A stretch of 64,000 nt of DNA, from contig JBITAJ010000027.1 of assembly GCA_044440125.1 (NCBI GenBank), positions 32,001 to 96,000 on the forward strand, read 5' to 3'. Numbering within the stretch: position 1 is the first letter of the stretch; each line of letters opens with the position of its first letter. The notes beneath the pieces were generated by a model. It had not been told where the DNA came from, did no database searches, and saw only the letters and a program-made list of their open reading frames with translations. The position numbers were made by a program, and so were the translations under genes. This stretch comes from Sedimentisphaeraceae bacterium JB056. GTDB lineage: Bacteria > Planctomycetota > Phycisphaerae > Sedimentisphaerales > Sedimentisphaeraceae. Below, one piece after another: positions 8,898 to 19,803 of the stretch.

Positions 8898-11282
8898 CTA
8901 CTTTTCTTCTTTTTTCGTGGTTTTTTTAGAGGCCTTCTTAGGGGCTTTTTTTCTACCGAGCATTATATCAGCTTCTTCGATGGTTTTTGGCGGCCATTTG
9001 CCTTCTTCCTGCCATTTTTTCAGCTCATCAATCATCTTCATGCTTATAATATTACGGCATCTTGGGAATTTATTGCATCCAAGGAATGGTCCCCGCTTGC
9101 TTTGCCTTATGACAAGTTCACCATTTTTACACTTATGACATTTGACGCCCGAAGGTTCAGCCGGCGGTTTCGGTGGAAGCGGGTTGCCTTCTTTGTCTAT
9201 CTTCATGATTGTTTTACATGTAGGATAGTCCTGGCAGCCGAGGAATTTTCCAAACCTGCCGTTCTTTTCTATCATTGGCTTGCCGCAATTAGGACATTTG
9301 ATGTCGGTTTCTTTGTCCTTAAGCATCTTACCTTTTACATCGCATGGGCATGCGAATTTGCATTCGGGATATTTTGAACAGCTCAGGAACCTTCCGTTTC
9401 TGCCAAATCTGTAGTCAAGACGCGAGCCGCAGTCAGGGCAGTCGTATTCGCTTGGTGTTGTTTCAGCTTTGGCATGCTTCATTTGCTCAACTGCTTCATC
9501 AAGGCGTTTCTTGAATGGGCCGTAGAATTTATGGAGTACTTCTATCCAGTTAAGGTGCTTTTCCTCAATGGAATCCAGTTCAAGTTCCATCTCTCTTGTG
9601 AAAGCAATATCCATGATTTCAGGGAAGAATTGTTCAAGCTTTTCCGTTACAACTTCACCAAGATCGGTTGCGTGGAATTTTCTGTCGATTTGCTTAACAT
9701 ATTCCCTGTCCTGAATGGTAGATATGATGGAAGCATAGGTACTTGGTCTGCCGATGCCTTCCTTTTCCAGTGCTTTCACCAGTGAAGCTTCTGTATATCT
9801 GGCCGGCGGCTTTGTGAAATGCTGCTCCGGTTTGATATCAACAGCCGCGACCGGTTGACCGGTGCTCAGTTCAGGAAGGTCCTGCTCATTCGACTTGCTT
9901 TTCCATATTCTGGTAAATCCGTCAAAAGCCAATACTCTTCCTGATGTTTTGAATACGCATTTCCCGGCAGATGTCTGAGATTCTATCTCAGCGATTGTTA
10001 TAAACCACTTTGCCGGAGTCATTTGTGAAGCGACAAATCTTCTCCAAACAAGGTCATAAAGTTTATATTCATCTGTATCGAGGTATTTTTCTATACTGTC
10101 GGGGGTTATTGTCGCATCTGTTGGGCGTATTGCCTCGTGAGCTTCCTGTGCGTTTTGTTTTGAAGAATAGAAATTGGGTTTTTCGGGTAGGTAATCATTG
10201 CCCAAATTTTCGCCAATATATTTTCTCGCACTGTTGAGCGCTTCAGGTGAAACATTGGTACTGTCGGTACGCATATAGGTTATGAGACCGATTGTTCCAA
10301 GTCCTCCCAGTTCTTTACCTTCGTAAAGATGCTGCGCTGTACGCATTGTTCTCTTTGTGGCAAAACCCAATTTATTTGCGGCTGCCTGCTGGAGAGTTGA
10401 AGTGATGAACGGCGGAGCGGGCCTGGAGCTGGTTTGCTTTTTCTCGACTTTGCCTATATTATAGTCGGCATCTTTAATCGCATCAAATACGGCTAAAGCG
10501 TCTTTTTCATTGTCAGCAGAGAACTTCTTGCCGTTGACCGTTGTTATTTCAGCCTTGAATGCATTGTGCTGCGAGAGCCATTCATTTTGCTGTGCTACCG
10601 TAGGGGCCTTATCTTTTTCGCCGGCAGTGGCAAGGAATTCTTGCCATTTCGCAGAATAATCAGCTTCATTGTCGGTGGAGAATACTGCCGGTATCTGCCA
10701 GTATTCATCAGGCTTAAAGTTTCTGATTTCTTTTTCACGATCGACAACTATCTTGACCGCTACTGACTGAACCCTTCCAGCACTGAGACCGGCGGCAACT
10801 TTTCTCCATAGAAGGGGGCTTATCTGATAGCCCACGATTCTATCGAGTATTCGTCTTGCCTGCTGGGCATCAACTTTGCTTTGGTTCAGTTTACCCGGTG
10901 AGCTGAAAGCCTGCTGTATAGAATTCTTGGTGATAGCGTTAAACACTACTCGCCAGGTGTTCTCTTCAGGCATCTTTAAGATTTCTGCAAGATGCCATGC
11001 GATAGCCTCTCCTTCGCGGTCAAGGTCAGTTGCGAGATAGAGGTTTTCACACTTCTTAGCAGCGCTTTTAAGCTGGTTTACAAGCCGTTTTCTTCCGGGG
11101 GTAATATCGTATGTGGGTTCGAAATCATTTTCGATATCAACATTTATACCTTTGCTGGGAAGATCGCGGATGTGTCCCATTGAGGCCATTACCTCGTAAT
11201 CAGAACCAAGATACTTGTTAATAGTCTTGGCTTTTGCCGGTGATTCCACGATAACCAGCGATTTTTTTGCTGTTTTTGCCAT
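8898..11282 (-). CDS. topA: DNA topoisomerase I
   Basis: IVESPAKAKTI, ATDLDREGE, SAGRVQS, ITYMRTDS, three C-terminal zinc ribbons. Confidence 0.98.
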   Translation of the reverse strand: MAKTAKKSLVIVESPAKAKTINKYLGSDYEVMASMGHIRDLPSKGINVDIENDFEPTYDITPGRKRLVNQLKSAAKKCENLYLATDLDREGEAIAWHLAEILKMPEENTWRVVFNAITKNSIQQAFSSPGKLNQSKVDAQQARRILDRIVGYQISPLLWRKVAAGLSAGRVQSVAVKIVVDREKEIRNFKPDEYWQIPAVFSTDNEADYSAKWQEFLATAGEKDKAPTVAQQNEWLSQHNAFKAEITTVNGKKFSADNEKDALAVFDAIKDADYNIGKVEKKQTSSRPAPPFITSTLQQAAANKLGFATKRTMRTAQHLYEGKELGGLGTIGLITYMRTDSTNVSPEALNSARKYIGENLGNDYLPEKPNFYSSKQNAQEAHEAIRPTDATITPDSIEKYLDTDEYKLYDLVWRRFVASQMTPAKWFITIAEIESQTSAGKCVFKTSGRVLAFDGFTRIWKSKSNEQDLPELSTGQPVAAVDIKPEQHFTKPPARYTEASLVKALEKEGIGRPSTYASIISTIQDREYVKQIDRKFHATDLGEVVTEKLEQFFPEIMDIAFTREMELELDSIEEKHLNWIEVLHKFYGPFKKRLDEAVEQMKHAKAETTPSEYDCPDCGSRLDYRFGRNGRFLSCSKYPECKFACPCDVKGKMLKDKETDIKCPNCGKPMIEKNGRFGKFLGCQDYPTCKTIMKIDKEGNPLPPKPPAEPSGVKCHKCKNGELVIRQSKRGPFLGCNKFPRCRNIISMKMIDELKKWQEEGKWPPKTIEEADIMLGRKKAPKKASKKTTKKEEK

Positions 11283-11333
11283 ATTTCTGCTGTATATTAA
11301 ATTCTCTCTTTACAAACAACGTCATATTAAACG

Positions 11334-12453
11334 TTATTTCCCCTTATTCTTCTTTTCAGCTCTGAACCGGAGATAACTTTCTATAAAGCCCTCTATATCT
11401 CCGTCGAGTACCGCCTGTACATTTCCTGTCTGGAAATCAGTCCTGTGATCTTTGACCATCTGATAAGGCTGCATTACATAACTTCTTATCTGGTTACCCC
11501 ATGCAATCTCACCTTTGTTTCCATAAAGCTTATTGAGCTCATCATCACGTTTTTGTTTTTCCAGCATGTACAATCGGGCCTTAAGCATCTTCATTGCTTC
11601 GGCCTTGTTTTTGTGCTGGCTTCTGTCGTTTTGACATTGTACTACAAGACCAGTCTCGAAGTGTGTTATACGAACTGCCGAGCTTGTCTTGTTGACATGC
11701 TGACCGCCTGCACCGCTTGCACGGTAAAAGTCGATTCGTATATCTTTTTCATCTATTTCGATATCGACATCATCACCTGCATCCGGTATCACGTCAACAG
11801 CCGTAAAGCTTGTATGCCGCCTGCTTTGTGAATCAAAAGGACTGATTCTCACAAGTCTGTGAACTCCAGATTCGCAGGAGAGTTTGCCAAAGGCGAACGG
11901 TCCGCTTACTTTCAATGTTATGGAACGTACGCCCGCCTCTTCACCTGGCGTTATATCCAGTTCTTCAAACTTGTATCCGTTTGTTTCAAAATAACGGGTG
12001 TACATTCTAAGCAGTATGCTTGCCCAATCGCAGCTTTCTGTACCGCCGGCTCCGGCATGAATGCTGAAGAAACAGTCATTCATATCGTCAGGGCCGCTGA
12101 GTGTTCCGGCAAGTTCTATCTGGTCACAGAGTTTTGCTGTTGTCGTTATGTCATCTTCAATGACTGATAAAGTGTCCTGGTCGTCTTCCTCAACTGCCAA
12201 AGTAAAGAGGTCGTTGAGGTCGTTGACTGCCGTTATAGCATCGTTAACGGGGTTGACTACGCTTTTGAGAGCACTTAGCTCTGATACTGTTTTTTGTGCG
12301 GATTCCGGGTTGTCCCAGAATGTTGGAGAGCTCATCAGCTCTTCGAGTTGTTGTTTTCGCTGCTTTTTCTCTTCGAGGTTAAAGCCACTCCCGGACTTTT
12401 AGTATCCGGGCCTCAAGATCGGTTATTGCTTCTTTTATCTCAGATGTTTCCAT
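11334..12453 (-). CDS. prfB: Peptide chain release factor 2, expressed via +1 programmed frameshift
   Basis: SPF and GGQ motifs. ATG at 12453 gives 24 codons ending CTT-TAA-C (12384-12378), with internal SD GGGAG 3 nt upstream; the +1 frame continues into ORF 11334..12335. Confidence 0.95.
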
Positions 12454-12657
12454 ATATGTCTATTTGTTCCTTTATATAAGAAGGATTTTCGAAATCTTAC
12501 AAGTTCTGAAAATTAAAGCGATATTCAAAAAAGATGTTTCTGGGCTACCTCTTAGAACCATAAAGGCTTGATAATACAGGTATAAACATCATTTTCGCCG
12601 GCATCGCTATATTAAATATCCGTTTTATTTCGTTTTCTTTTTTGTTCTAAGGCACTT

Positions 12658-12686
12658 TATATACCACAAAGAAGCTGGCTTTTCAA
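12658..12686 (-). promoter_or_regulatory. Putative promoter of prfB-topA
   Basis: Minus strand TTGAAA-N17-TATATA with TG extended -10 element. Confidence 0.5.
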
Positions 12687-12969
12687 CATCTAAAAAAATT
12701 TACATTCCAAAAGTTTTTCTAATTCTATGCTTTATGTTGGGGTTGATTTGAATTTGTAAATAGGAATTACATGTTTTACTTTCGCTGATACTTTATTAAG
12801 TTATATCTTTGGATAAGACCTTTTTTATGTTTAATTGTTCACTCGTCTGGGGTTTGTAGTGAAAAAAAGTGCAATATATTTTAAATCTGATTATTTAAGG
12901 ATTGTTGCTATTGTCTTTATCGCTATAATTGGTAAGATGTTTATTAATTTTGAAATGGTGATCTATTTT

Positions 12970-13638
12970 ATGAAAAAGAACATACTGGCTATATTATTAC
13001 TTCCTGTGCTGCTGCTGACAGGAGGTTGCGGCATTGTAAGTGTGTTAGGCACTCCATCGGCAAGTGAAGAAGTTGTGGAGGCCAAGTTTGATATATCGCA
13101 GAGGTATGGCGAGAAAATACTTGTGCTTGTAAATCAGCCGAGTTGGGTCAATTCGCCGGTGAATTTAAGAAAAGAGATAACCAATAAGGTAAATTCGTAC
13201 ATGCGGGTTTATTTTGAAGATCTTCCAGAAGACAGTATTATAGAGTATGACACTGTCAAAGAGAAGCGAAGCAGTGATATGGATTTTGATAACAGGGATG
13301 TTGTCGAGCTTGCAGAGATGTTTGACGCGGGAGTTGTGCTTTATATCGAGTTGCTGGAATTTGACATACTGCGTCTGACTTCGCAAGGGTATTATTCTGC
13401 CGAAATGAAAACTTTCTCGGTTTTGTATGACGGCAAGGACGGCAGCGTGCTATGGCCGGAAACCAAGGCTGAATCTGTTATATCCCTTGGGATTGAGTGC
13501 GAAAAGGGTGTTGAGCAGACTATGGTCAGGCTTTCTACGGCTGCAGCTCATTGTACGTTAAGAAATTTTTACGATTGTCTAAGGCATAAATACAAAGTAA
13601 TAGAAGAAAAAAGACAATATGAGATGGATGAGTGGTAA
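12970..13638 (+). CDS. Hypothetical lipoprotein
   Basis: MKKNILAILLLPVLLLTGGC lipobox from ATG 12970; the upstream extension in the ORF track is likely spurious. Confidence 0.7.
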   Translation: MKKNILAILLLPVLLLTGGCGIVSVLGTPSASEEVVEAKFDISQRYGEKILVLVNQPSWVNSPVNLRKEITNKVNSYMRVYFEDLPEDSIIEYDTVKEKRSSDMDFDNRDVVELAEMFDAGVVLYIELLEFDILRLTSQGYYSAEMKTFSVLYDGKDGSVLWPETKAESVISLGIECEKGVEQTMVRLSTAAAHCTLRNFYDCLRHKYKVIEEKRQYEMDEW

Positions 13639-13759
13639 AAATAATTGACAATTGGTGAGCTATAATAGATAATTTCAGCCTTTTAATGGCTAAAACTTGT
13701 TTTTACTGGTTACAATTTCCCCGTTAATTTAGTTAATTTAACATTTGGAGATGTTTAAT

Positions 13760-15343
13760 ATGTACAAAATTTTGATCTCAGACAAACTTGCACAGGAAGG
13801 TATTGACCTTATAAACAATACAGATGGTTTTGAAGCGGTAGTCAATACCGGTTTAAGCGAGGATGAGTTGTCTTCGATCATTGGTGATTATGATGGTCTT
13901 ATCATCCGCAGTGCTACTCAGGTAACCCCAAAGGTGCTTGAAAACAGCGGCAAGCTCAAGGGTGTTGCAAGAGCGGGAGTTGGTGTTGACAATATCAATA
14001 TTCCGGAAGCGACTCGTGCAGGTGTGCTTGTTATGAATACACCTGGCGGAAATACTCTCAGTGCTGCCGAGCATACTATGGCACTTATGCTTTCAATGAG
14101 CCGTAATGTTGTGCCTGCCTGCAACAGTATGAAAGAGGGCAAGTGGGACAGAAAAAGCTACATGGGTAACCAGCTTAACAACAAGACTATCGGTGTGATT
14201 GGTCTTGGTCGTATCGGTATGGCAGTAGTACGCATGGCACTTGGTTTCAATATGAACGTTCTTGGTTATGATCCATTTGCTGTTCCTGAAGAGGCTAAGA
14301 AGCTTGGTATCTCTGTTACAGATGATTTGAACGATATATATCAGAAGTCAGACTTTATCTCTCTGCACGTGCCGAGGAACAAGGACACAGAGAATATGAT
14401 CGATAAGGCTCAGCTTGAAATGATGAAGCCTACCACGCGTATTGTCAACTGTGCTCGCGGCGGTATCATAAATGAAAATGCCCTTTACGATGCACTTGAG
14501 GCTGGCGTTATAGCTGGTGCGGCATTGGACGTGTTCCCGACAGAGCCTCCGAAAAATACACGTTTTGAAAATATCGCTAACTGTCTGGTAACTCCTCACC
14601 TTGGAGCAAGTACAGAAGAAGCTCAGATTGAAGTAGCTGTAGAGGCAGCGCAGATTCTGATGGATGCGATTAAGGGCGGACCGATAAAGAATGCTCTCAA
14701 TGCTCCGGCGATGGGTGATTCTATGCCGAAACAGGTAGTTGCTTATGCCGCTCTGGCCGGAAAGATCGGTTCACTTATGAGCAGCATGTTGACCGGAAGA
14801 GTAAAGAGCATTGACCTTACTTATCTTGGCGATATTGCTTCTCTTGATGTTTCTGCTGTAACAACAGCATTTAATATCGCATTGCTCCAGCCGAACTTCG
14901 ATTCACCGGTTAATATCGTTAACGTTGGCTTCCTTGCAAAAGAGCGCGGTATTACAACAAACGTTACTACAAGCGAAAGCATCAACAACCTTTCTTCAAG
15001 TTTTACCGCAAAGGTAACTACGGAGAAGGGAAGCCACAGCGTTACCGGTACAGTGTTTGACGGCAACATATTGAAGGTTGTTTCTGTTGACGGTTATGAT
15101 GCTGAGTTTACACCTGAAGGCACTTTGATGATGCTTTATTATGAGGATCGTCCGGGTGTTATTGGTGCTATCGGAACAGCGTGTGGCAAGTCGAATATCA
15201 ATATCGGCACAATGAGTGTTGGCAGAGGACAGGGCAAGGCTCTTATGGTGGTATCTCTCGATCAGTCGTTGTGTGAAGATACTAATAAGGAACTCGATAA
15301 GCTCGACTATATAGATAACTATATCGCTTGCAGCATCGACTGA
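13760..15343 (+). CDS. serA: D-3-phosphoglycerate dehydrogenase
   Basis: RAGVGVDNI, GLGRIG, NCARGG, TPHLGAST, C-terminal ACT domain (DRPGVIG). Confidence 0.95.
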   Translation: MYKILISDKLAQEGIDLINNTDGFEAVVNTGLSEDELSSIIGDYDGLIIRSATQVTPKVLENSGKLKGVARAGVGVDNINIPEATRAGVLVMNTPGGNTLSAAEHTMALMLSMSRNVVPACNSMKEGKWDRKSYMGNQLNNKTIGVIGLGRIGMAVVRMALGFNMNVLGYDPFAVPEEAKKLGISVTDDLNDIYQKSDFISLHVPRNKDTENMIDKAQLEMMKPTTRIVNCARGGIINENALYDALEAGVIAGAALDVFPTEPPKNTRFENIANCLVTPHLGASTEEAQIEVAVEAAQILMDAIKGGPIKNALNAPAMGDSMPKQVVAYAALAGKIGSLMSSMLTGRVKSIDLTYLGDIASLDVSAVTTAFNIALLQPNFDSPVNIVNVGFLAKERGITTNVTTSESINNLSSSFTAKVTTEKGSHSVTGTVFDGNILKVVSVDGYDAEFTPEGTLMMLYYEDRPGVIGAIGTACGKSNINIGTMSVGRGQGKALMVVSLDQSLCEDTNKELDKLDYIDNYIACSID

Positions 15344-15372
15344 TAAAGCTGATTGATTTTGAATGAATATAG

Positions 15373-15407
15373 ACAGGGAAGCGAAAACAAAACGCTTCCC
15401 TGTTTTT
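15373..15407 (+). terminator. Intrinsic terminator after serA
   Basis: ACAGGGAAGCG/CGCTTCCCTGT stem plus T-run. Confidence 0.75.
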
Positions 15408-15428
15408 GTAAATTGTGTTTGTCATAAT

Positions 15429-16799
15429 ATGCGTGAATTTCTTGATGTAGACAAAATAGCTGCCGGTTGCGGCGGGGTGTTAAACGGAGACGGTGGGCTT
15501 CAGTGCGGTGGAGTTTGCATTGATTCACGTCAGGTAAAGGCGGGCGACTGTTTCTTTGCTATAAAGGGCGAGCGCTTTGATGGGCATGAGTTTGTCCAGA
15601 AGGCGTTTGAGAGCGGGGCGACTTGTGCTGTAGTAGACAAGTCGTTTGATGTCAGCAGTATAAAAGGTTTGTTAAATGGAGAAAAAAGAGACCTGACCCC
15701 TTTAATTGTGGTTGAGGATACTACTTTGGCACTTGGCAACTTGGCGGCGTATTACCGCAGCTTGCTTACCGCAAAGGTGGTAGCGATAACTGGTTCGGTT
15801 GGCAAGACTACTGCTCGGGATATGATAAGCGGTGTATTGTCGAGCCGATATAAATGCCATAGTGCGAAGAAGAGTTTTAATAATCATATTGGTTTGCCGC
15901 TTACGATTCTTGAAGCTGATATCAACAGCGAAGTTCTCGTTGTTGAGCTTGGTACGAATCATCCCGGAGAGATTGAGTATCTTACTAAAATCGCCAATCC
16001 TGATATTGCCGTGATAACAAAAGTTGCGGCCGCTCACATAGAATATTTCGGTACGCTGAGGGAAATAGCCAAGGAAAAGGCATCAATTGCTCTTGGACTG
16101 AAAAAGGATGGCTCACTTATTGTCAATGGTGACAGTGATGAGCTTGTAAATTATCTTGAATCTGAAAATATCCCATATTCTTCCTATAGCATAGAAGATA
16201 AGTTCGAGCTTGCGGGCAGTCTCGGTAAGATATTTATTGATGGCATGTGGGTTGAGGTGCCGCTGGCAGGCAGGGGGAATCTGGAGAATGCACTTGCAGC
16301 ATGGAATGTTTGTCGTGAGTTCGGGTTTACACCCGAAGATTTCGCGGCGGCTATTGGTACTGCTATTGCACCTGATATGCGGCTAAATGTGATTGAGCAT
16401 GAGGGCGTACGAATTATCAATGATTGCTACAATGCGAATCCTCAATCGATGGCTAATGCTTTAGAGGTGTTGGCTGGTTTTAGGGGTGAGTCGAAGCGGC
16501 TCGTTGCTGTTTGCGGCGATATGCTGGAGCTTGGAGACTCAAGCCGCCGTTATCACGCAGAGCTTGGAGAAGCGATTGCTGAAAAGGGAATCAATGTGCT
16601 TGTAGCGGTTGGGAAATTTGCACCAGATGTCGCTAAAGCGGCAGAGAAATGCGGCAACACCGAAACACATTGCTTTGAGAATACCGATGCTCTCTGCCAA
16701 AAAATAAAAGCCATAATAAAACCCGGCGACACAGTCCTGCTCAAAGCCTCCCGCTCAATAGCCCTCGAAAAAGCATTAAACGTGCTTATTGGCAATTAA
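15429..16799 (+). CDS. murF: UDP-MurNAc-tripeptide--D-Ala-D-Ala ligase
   Basis: IDSR, ITGSVGKTT, NNHIGLP, DCYNANP, GDMLELG, LKASR; start placed at ATG 15429, after the serA terminator. Confidence 0.95.
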   Translation: MREFLDVDKIAAGCGGVLNGDGGLQCGGVCIDSRQVKAGDCFFAIKGERFDGHEFVQKAFESGATCAVVDKSFDVSSIKGLLNGEKRDLTPLIVVEDTTLALGNLAAYYRSLLTAKVVAITGSVGKTTARDMISGVLSSRYKCHSAKKSFNNHIGLPLTILEADINSEVLVVELGTNHPGEIEYLTKIANPDIAVITKVAAAHIEYFGTLREIAKEKASIALGLKKDGSLIVNGDSDELVNYLESENIPYSSYSIEDKFELAGSLGKIFIDGMWVEVPLAGRGNLENALAAWNVCREFGFTPEDFAAAIGTAIAPDMRLNVIEHEGVRIINDCYNANPQSMANALEVLAGFRGESKRLVAVCGDMLELGDSSRRYHAELGEAIAEKGINVLVAVGKFAPDVAKAAEKCGNTETHCFENTDALCQKIKAIIKPGDTVLLKASRSIALEKALNVLIGN

Positions 16800-18375
16800 T
16801 AATTGCTTCGGCGATTTTGATTCCGTCTATTGCTGCTGACATTATTCCTCCTGCGTATCCTGCTCCTTCGCCTGCTGGGTAGAGGCCTCTGATAGCGGGG
16901 TTCTGGAATGTTTCGTCTCTTAGTATTCTCAAAGGACACGAGCTTCTTGTCTCTATTGCCGTCATTACTGCTCCGGGAGAGGCAAATCCTTTGAGTTTCT
17001 TGTCAAGTTGAGGTAGAGCCAGTTTCAATGTCTGGGCTACGAAGTCAGGTAAGGTTTCTGCTAAGTCGCAAGATAAGAATCCCGGCTTATATGTCGGCAG
17101 CACTCCTGCAACGCAAGTCGAAGCTTTGGAAGCGAGAAAATCGCCGACAAGCTGGACAGGTGCGGCATAGTTGCTGCCTCCGGTTACGAATGCTTGTCTC
17201 TCCCATTTTCTCTGAAATTCGATGCCTGCAAGCGGTGAATCGCTTGCGAAATCGGCAGGGGTTACGCCTACGAGCAATGCACTGTTTGCATTAGGAAGGC
17301 TGCGTTTATAGTGACTCATGCCGTTTGTTGCTACCATTCCGGCTTCGGAGGATGATGCGATTACTTCGCCACCCGGGCACATGCAGAATGTATACGCACT
17401 TCGGCCGTTGGGGCAGTGATGGACGAGTTTGTAGTCGGCGGCCCCGAGGATTGGATCGGTTTCATAGGTATTGTACTGGGATTTGTTTATGATTCCCTGT
17501 TTGTGTTCTATGCGAACGCCGATTGAGAATGGCTTGGCCTCCATTGCGACGCCGCTTTCATGAAGCATTTCGAATGTATCTCTCGCACTGTGTCCGATAG
17601 CCAGGATGAGGTTGTCGGTATCGATCTCGGTATTTTCGTTGATTGTTATACCGGTTATTCGGTCGGCTTTTGTTTTTATCGATGTCAGCCTTGACTCGAA
17701 AAGAACCTCTCCGCCCAGACTTATTATTTCTTTCCGGATGTTTCTTACAACTTTAATAAGATTGTCGGTTCCAATGTGTGGCCTGGCATGATACATGATT
17801 TCTTCAGGGGCACCGGCGGCAATCAGTTCGGATAATACTTTGCGAGATCGGTTGGCTTTGTCTTTTACCTGTGAGGCAAGCTTGCCGTCGGAGAATGTTC
17901 CTGCTCCGCCTTCGCCGAACTGGACGTTTGATTCTGGGTCGAGCTTTCCCGTTTTCCAGAAATCGTATACATCTTTTATGCGATCTTCAACAGCTTTGCC
18001 GCGTTCGATGATTATTGGCTTATAACCCAGGCGTGCCAGCATCAGACCGGCTAAAAGACCTGCGGGGCCGCTTCCGGCTATTACCGTCTTTTTCTTCTCT
18101 GCCGCAGATTTGGGCATTATATAGAGGTTGGCCTTGTCGCTCAGAAGCTCGGCGTTTTGAGGCAATTTAAGTTCTTTTTCATCAATACCAGACAATGAGA
18201 TATCGATTGTGTAAACGAATTTAATTTGGTTTTTCCGCCTCGCATCAATTGATTTGCGAATGATATTCACTGCCGTGATATTATCGCGGCTTATTTTGAG
18301 TTTGCTTACAATAAGCTTCTCAATAGCATCATGACTATGCTTATAAGGCAGAGTCAGGGCTTTAATTCTTATCAT
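16786..18375 (-). CDS. Uncharacterised FAD-dependent oxidoreductase
   Basis: GSGPAGL dinucleotide fold, FGEGGAGTFSDGKL, FCMCPGG, GEGAGYAGGIMSAAIDG. Confidence 0.85.
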   Translation of the reverse strand: MIRIKALTLPYKHSHDAIEKLIVSKLKISRDNITAVNIIRKSIDARRKNQIKFVYTIDISLSGIDEKELKLPQNAELLSDKANLYIMPKSAAEKKKTVIAGSGPAGLLAGLMLARLGYKPIIIERGKAVEDRIKDVYDFWKTGKLDPESNVQFGEGGAGTFSDGKLASQVKDKANRSRKVLSELIAAGAPEEIMYHARPHIGTDNLIKVVRNIRKEIISLGGEVLFESRLTSIKTKADRITGITINENTEIDTDNLILAIGHSARDTFEMLHESGVAMEAKPFSIGVRIEHKQGIINKSQYNTYETDPILGAADYKLVHHCPNGRSAYTFCMCPGGEVIASSSEAGMVATNGMSHYKRSLPNANSALLVGVTPADFASDSPLAGIEFQRKWERQAFVTGGSNYAAPVQLVGDFLASKASTCVAGVLPTYKPGFLSCDLAETLPDFVAQTLKLALPQLDKKLKGFASPGAVMTAIETRSSCPLRILRDETFQNPAIRGLYPAGEGAGYAGGIMSAAIDGIKIAEAIINCQ

Positions 18376-18806
18376 AAAGTCCTGCTGCAGAGATTTAAAC
18401 GCTTTTCTGGTAAGGGTTAGCGTTCGAGGGTCTTTATTCTGCGATAAATTGCCATAGAAACAATGTGAAGTTTCCTATATCACCTTAGCGTACAGCCGCA
18501 CCGGCAAGGCGAATTTTACCATAAAAAGGAAAATTTGCGTGAAACATTTTGCTGAAAAAACAGTTTTTTTACTGCCATTGTTGGTTTCTATGCCTTCTGG
18601 GTATTGTGTTTTTAAATAATACTTCACATTGTGAAGTTTTTTTGTAAAATCTGAGCTTAGTTTGTATTGACCCCGGAAAATGCGGCTTAAAGTTTGCGAC
18701 ACTGAAAAATGTCTACTTGGACGATAAAAAATATAGTCGAGTAGTTCATTGTCTTTGTCGCAGTTGTAAAGTTTGATTACCGCATATTAATATAAAGGAA
18801 AATGAA

Positions 18807-19577
18807 ATGAAAAAATCACTATCAACATTGTTAGCTGACGGATTTATTCTTGTGTACAACCAGAACAAGCTCGATGTGGTCAAGACCGCAGAGGCTCTGA
18901 TGGAAGCCGGAATAAACAATATGGAAGTTACTTGCCGTATCAATACCCCGCTTGAGAAGATCGAGAGGCTCAAAAAAGAGCTGCCCGACTTCATTTGCGG
19001 AGCGGCATCACTTGCTGATTTCCCGGCTTTTCTGGATATCTATAACGCTCAGAACCCTTCTGATACGCTGCCGACAGTACAGCAGGTTGTAGATGCGGGA
19101 AGCGATTATCTTGTTTCGGCTGTTAATTTCAGCGATGACAGTTATGCGAAATTTGGTGGAAAAATCCCCATGATTCCCGGCTGCGGCACTGCTACTGAAA
19201 TAATCAGCCAATATTCAAAGGGTGCTAATATCTGTAAGATGTTCCCTGCAAAGCAGATAGGTGGTTGCGATTATATCAAGGCGATTGATCCGGCTATTCA
19301 TAAAACAATCAGTATAATACCGACCGGCGGCACTAACATGTCAAATATTGCCGATTATATCAAGGCCGGCGTTCTTGTGCTTGGCGGTTCTTTCAGCATG
19401 ATTGAGAAGGCTAAGATGGCTAAGATTGTTGATGAGCAGGATTACAAACTGCTTGCTTCAGAGCTTAAGGTCGTCAAAGAGTATATCGATAAGTGCCGTA
19501 GTGAGATGTGGCAGGGTGTTGATTTTTCTTCTGTTGAAGAGGTTACAAAGGCTACCGGCAGGAATTTTAACTGCTGA
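18807..19577 (+). CDS. KDPG/KHG aldolase-like protein
   Basis: MEVTCR, IPGCGTATEI, KMFPA Schiff-base lysine, PTGG motif. Confidence 0.75.
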   Translation: MKKSLSTLLADGFILVYNQNKLDVVKTAEALMEAGINNMEVTCRINTPLEKIERLKKELPDFICGAASLADFPAFLDIYNAQNPSDTLPTVQQVVDAGSDYLVSAVNFSDDSYAKFGGKIPMIPGCGTATEIISQYSKGANICKMFPAKQIGGCDYIKAIDPAIHKTISIIPTGGTNMSNIADYIKAGVLVLGGSFSMIEKAKMAKIVDEQDYKLLASELKVVKEYIDKCRSEMWQGVDFSSVEEVTKATGRNFNC

Positions 19578-19610
19578 TTTTGTCCTTAATAAGGAACTGT
19601 GAGTTATATA

Positions 19611-19646
19611 AAGGCTGTGGTTTTGTTAAACCGCGGCCTTTTTTTT
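19611..19646 (+). terminator. Intrinsic terminator
   Basis: GGCTGTGG/CCGCGGCC stem plus T8. Confidence 0.75.
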
Positions 19647-19803
19647 GTGTTGAGCAATATAATGCGTGATTTTCAAGCTGATTATGGTATAATTGCCCGA
19701 CCTGTTTTTATGGCCTTAGATATGTATTAATGCGTGTTTCAGAGTTTCAGGGCCATTTTTTCAGATTATTTTATGAAGTTATTTCTTGCTAAAAGGAAGA
19801 TAA

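Noticed and set aside
11334..12453. prfB as a pseudogene
   Set aside because: The in-frame stop lies in the canonical programmed-frameshift context.
16786..16806. CAATTAA TAATTGC at the murF/oxidoreductase convergent overlap as another heptamer array
   Set aside because: Only two units, inside coding sequence; too weak to count.
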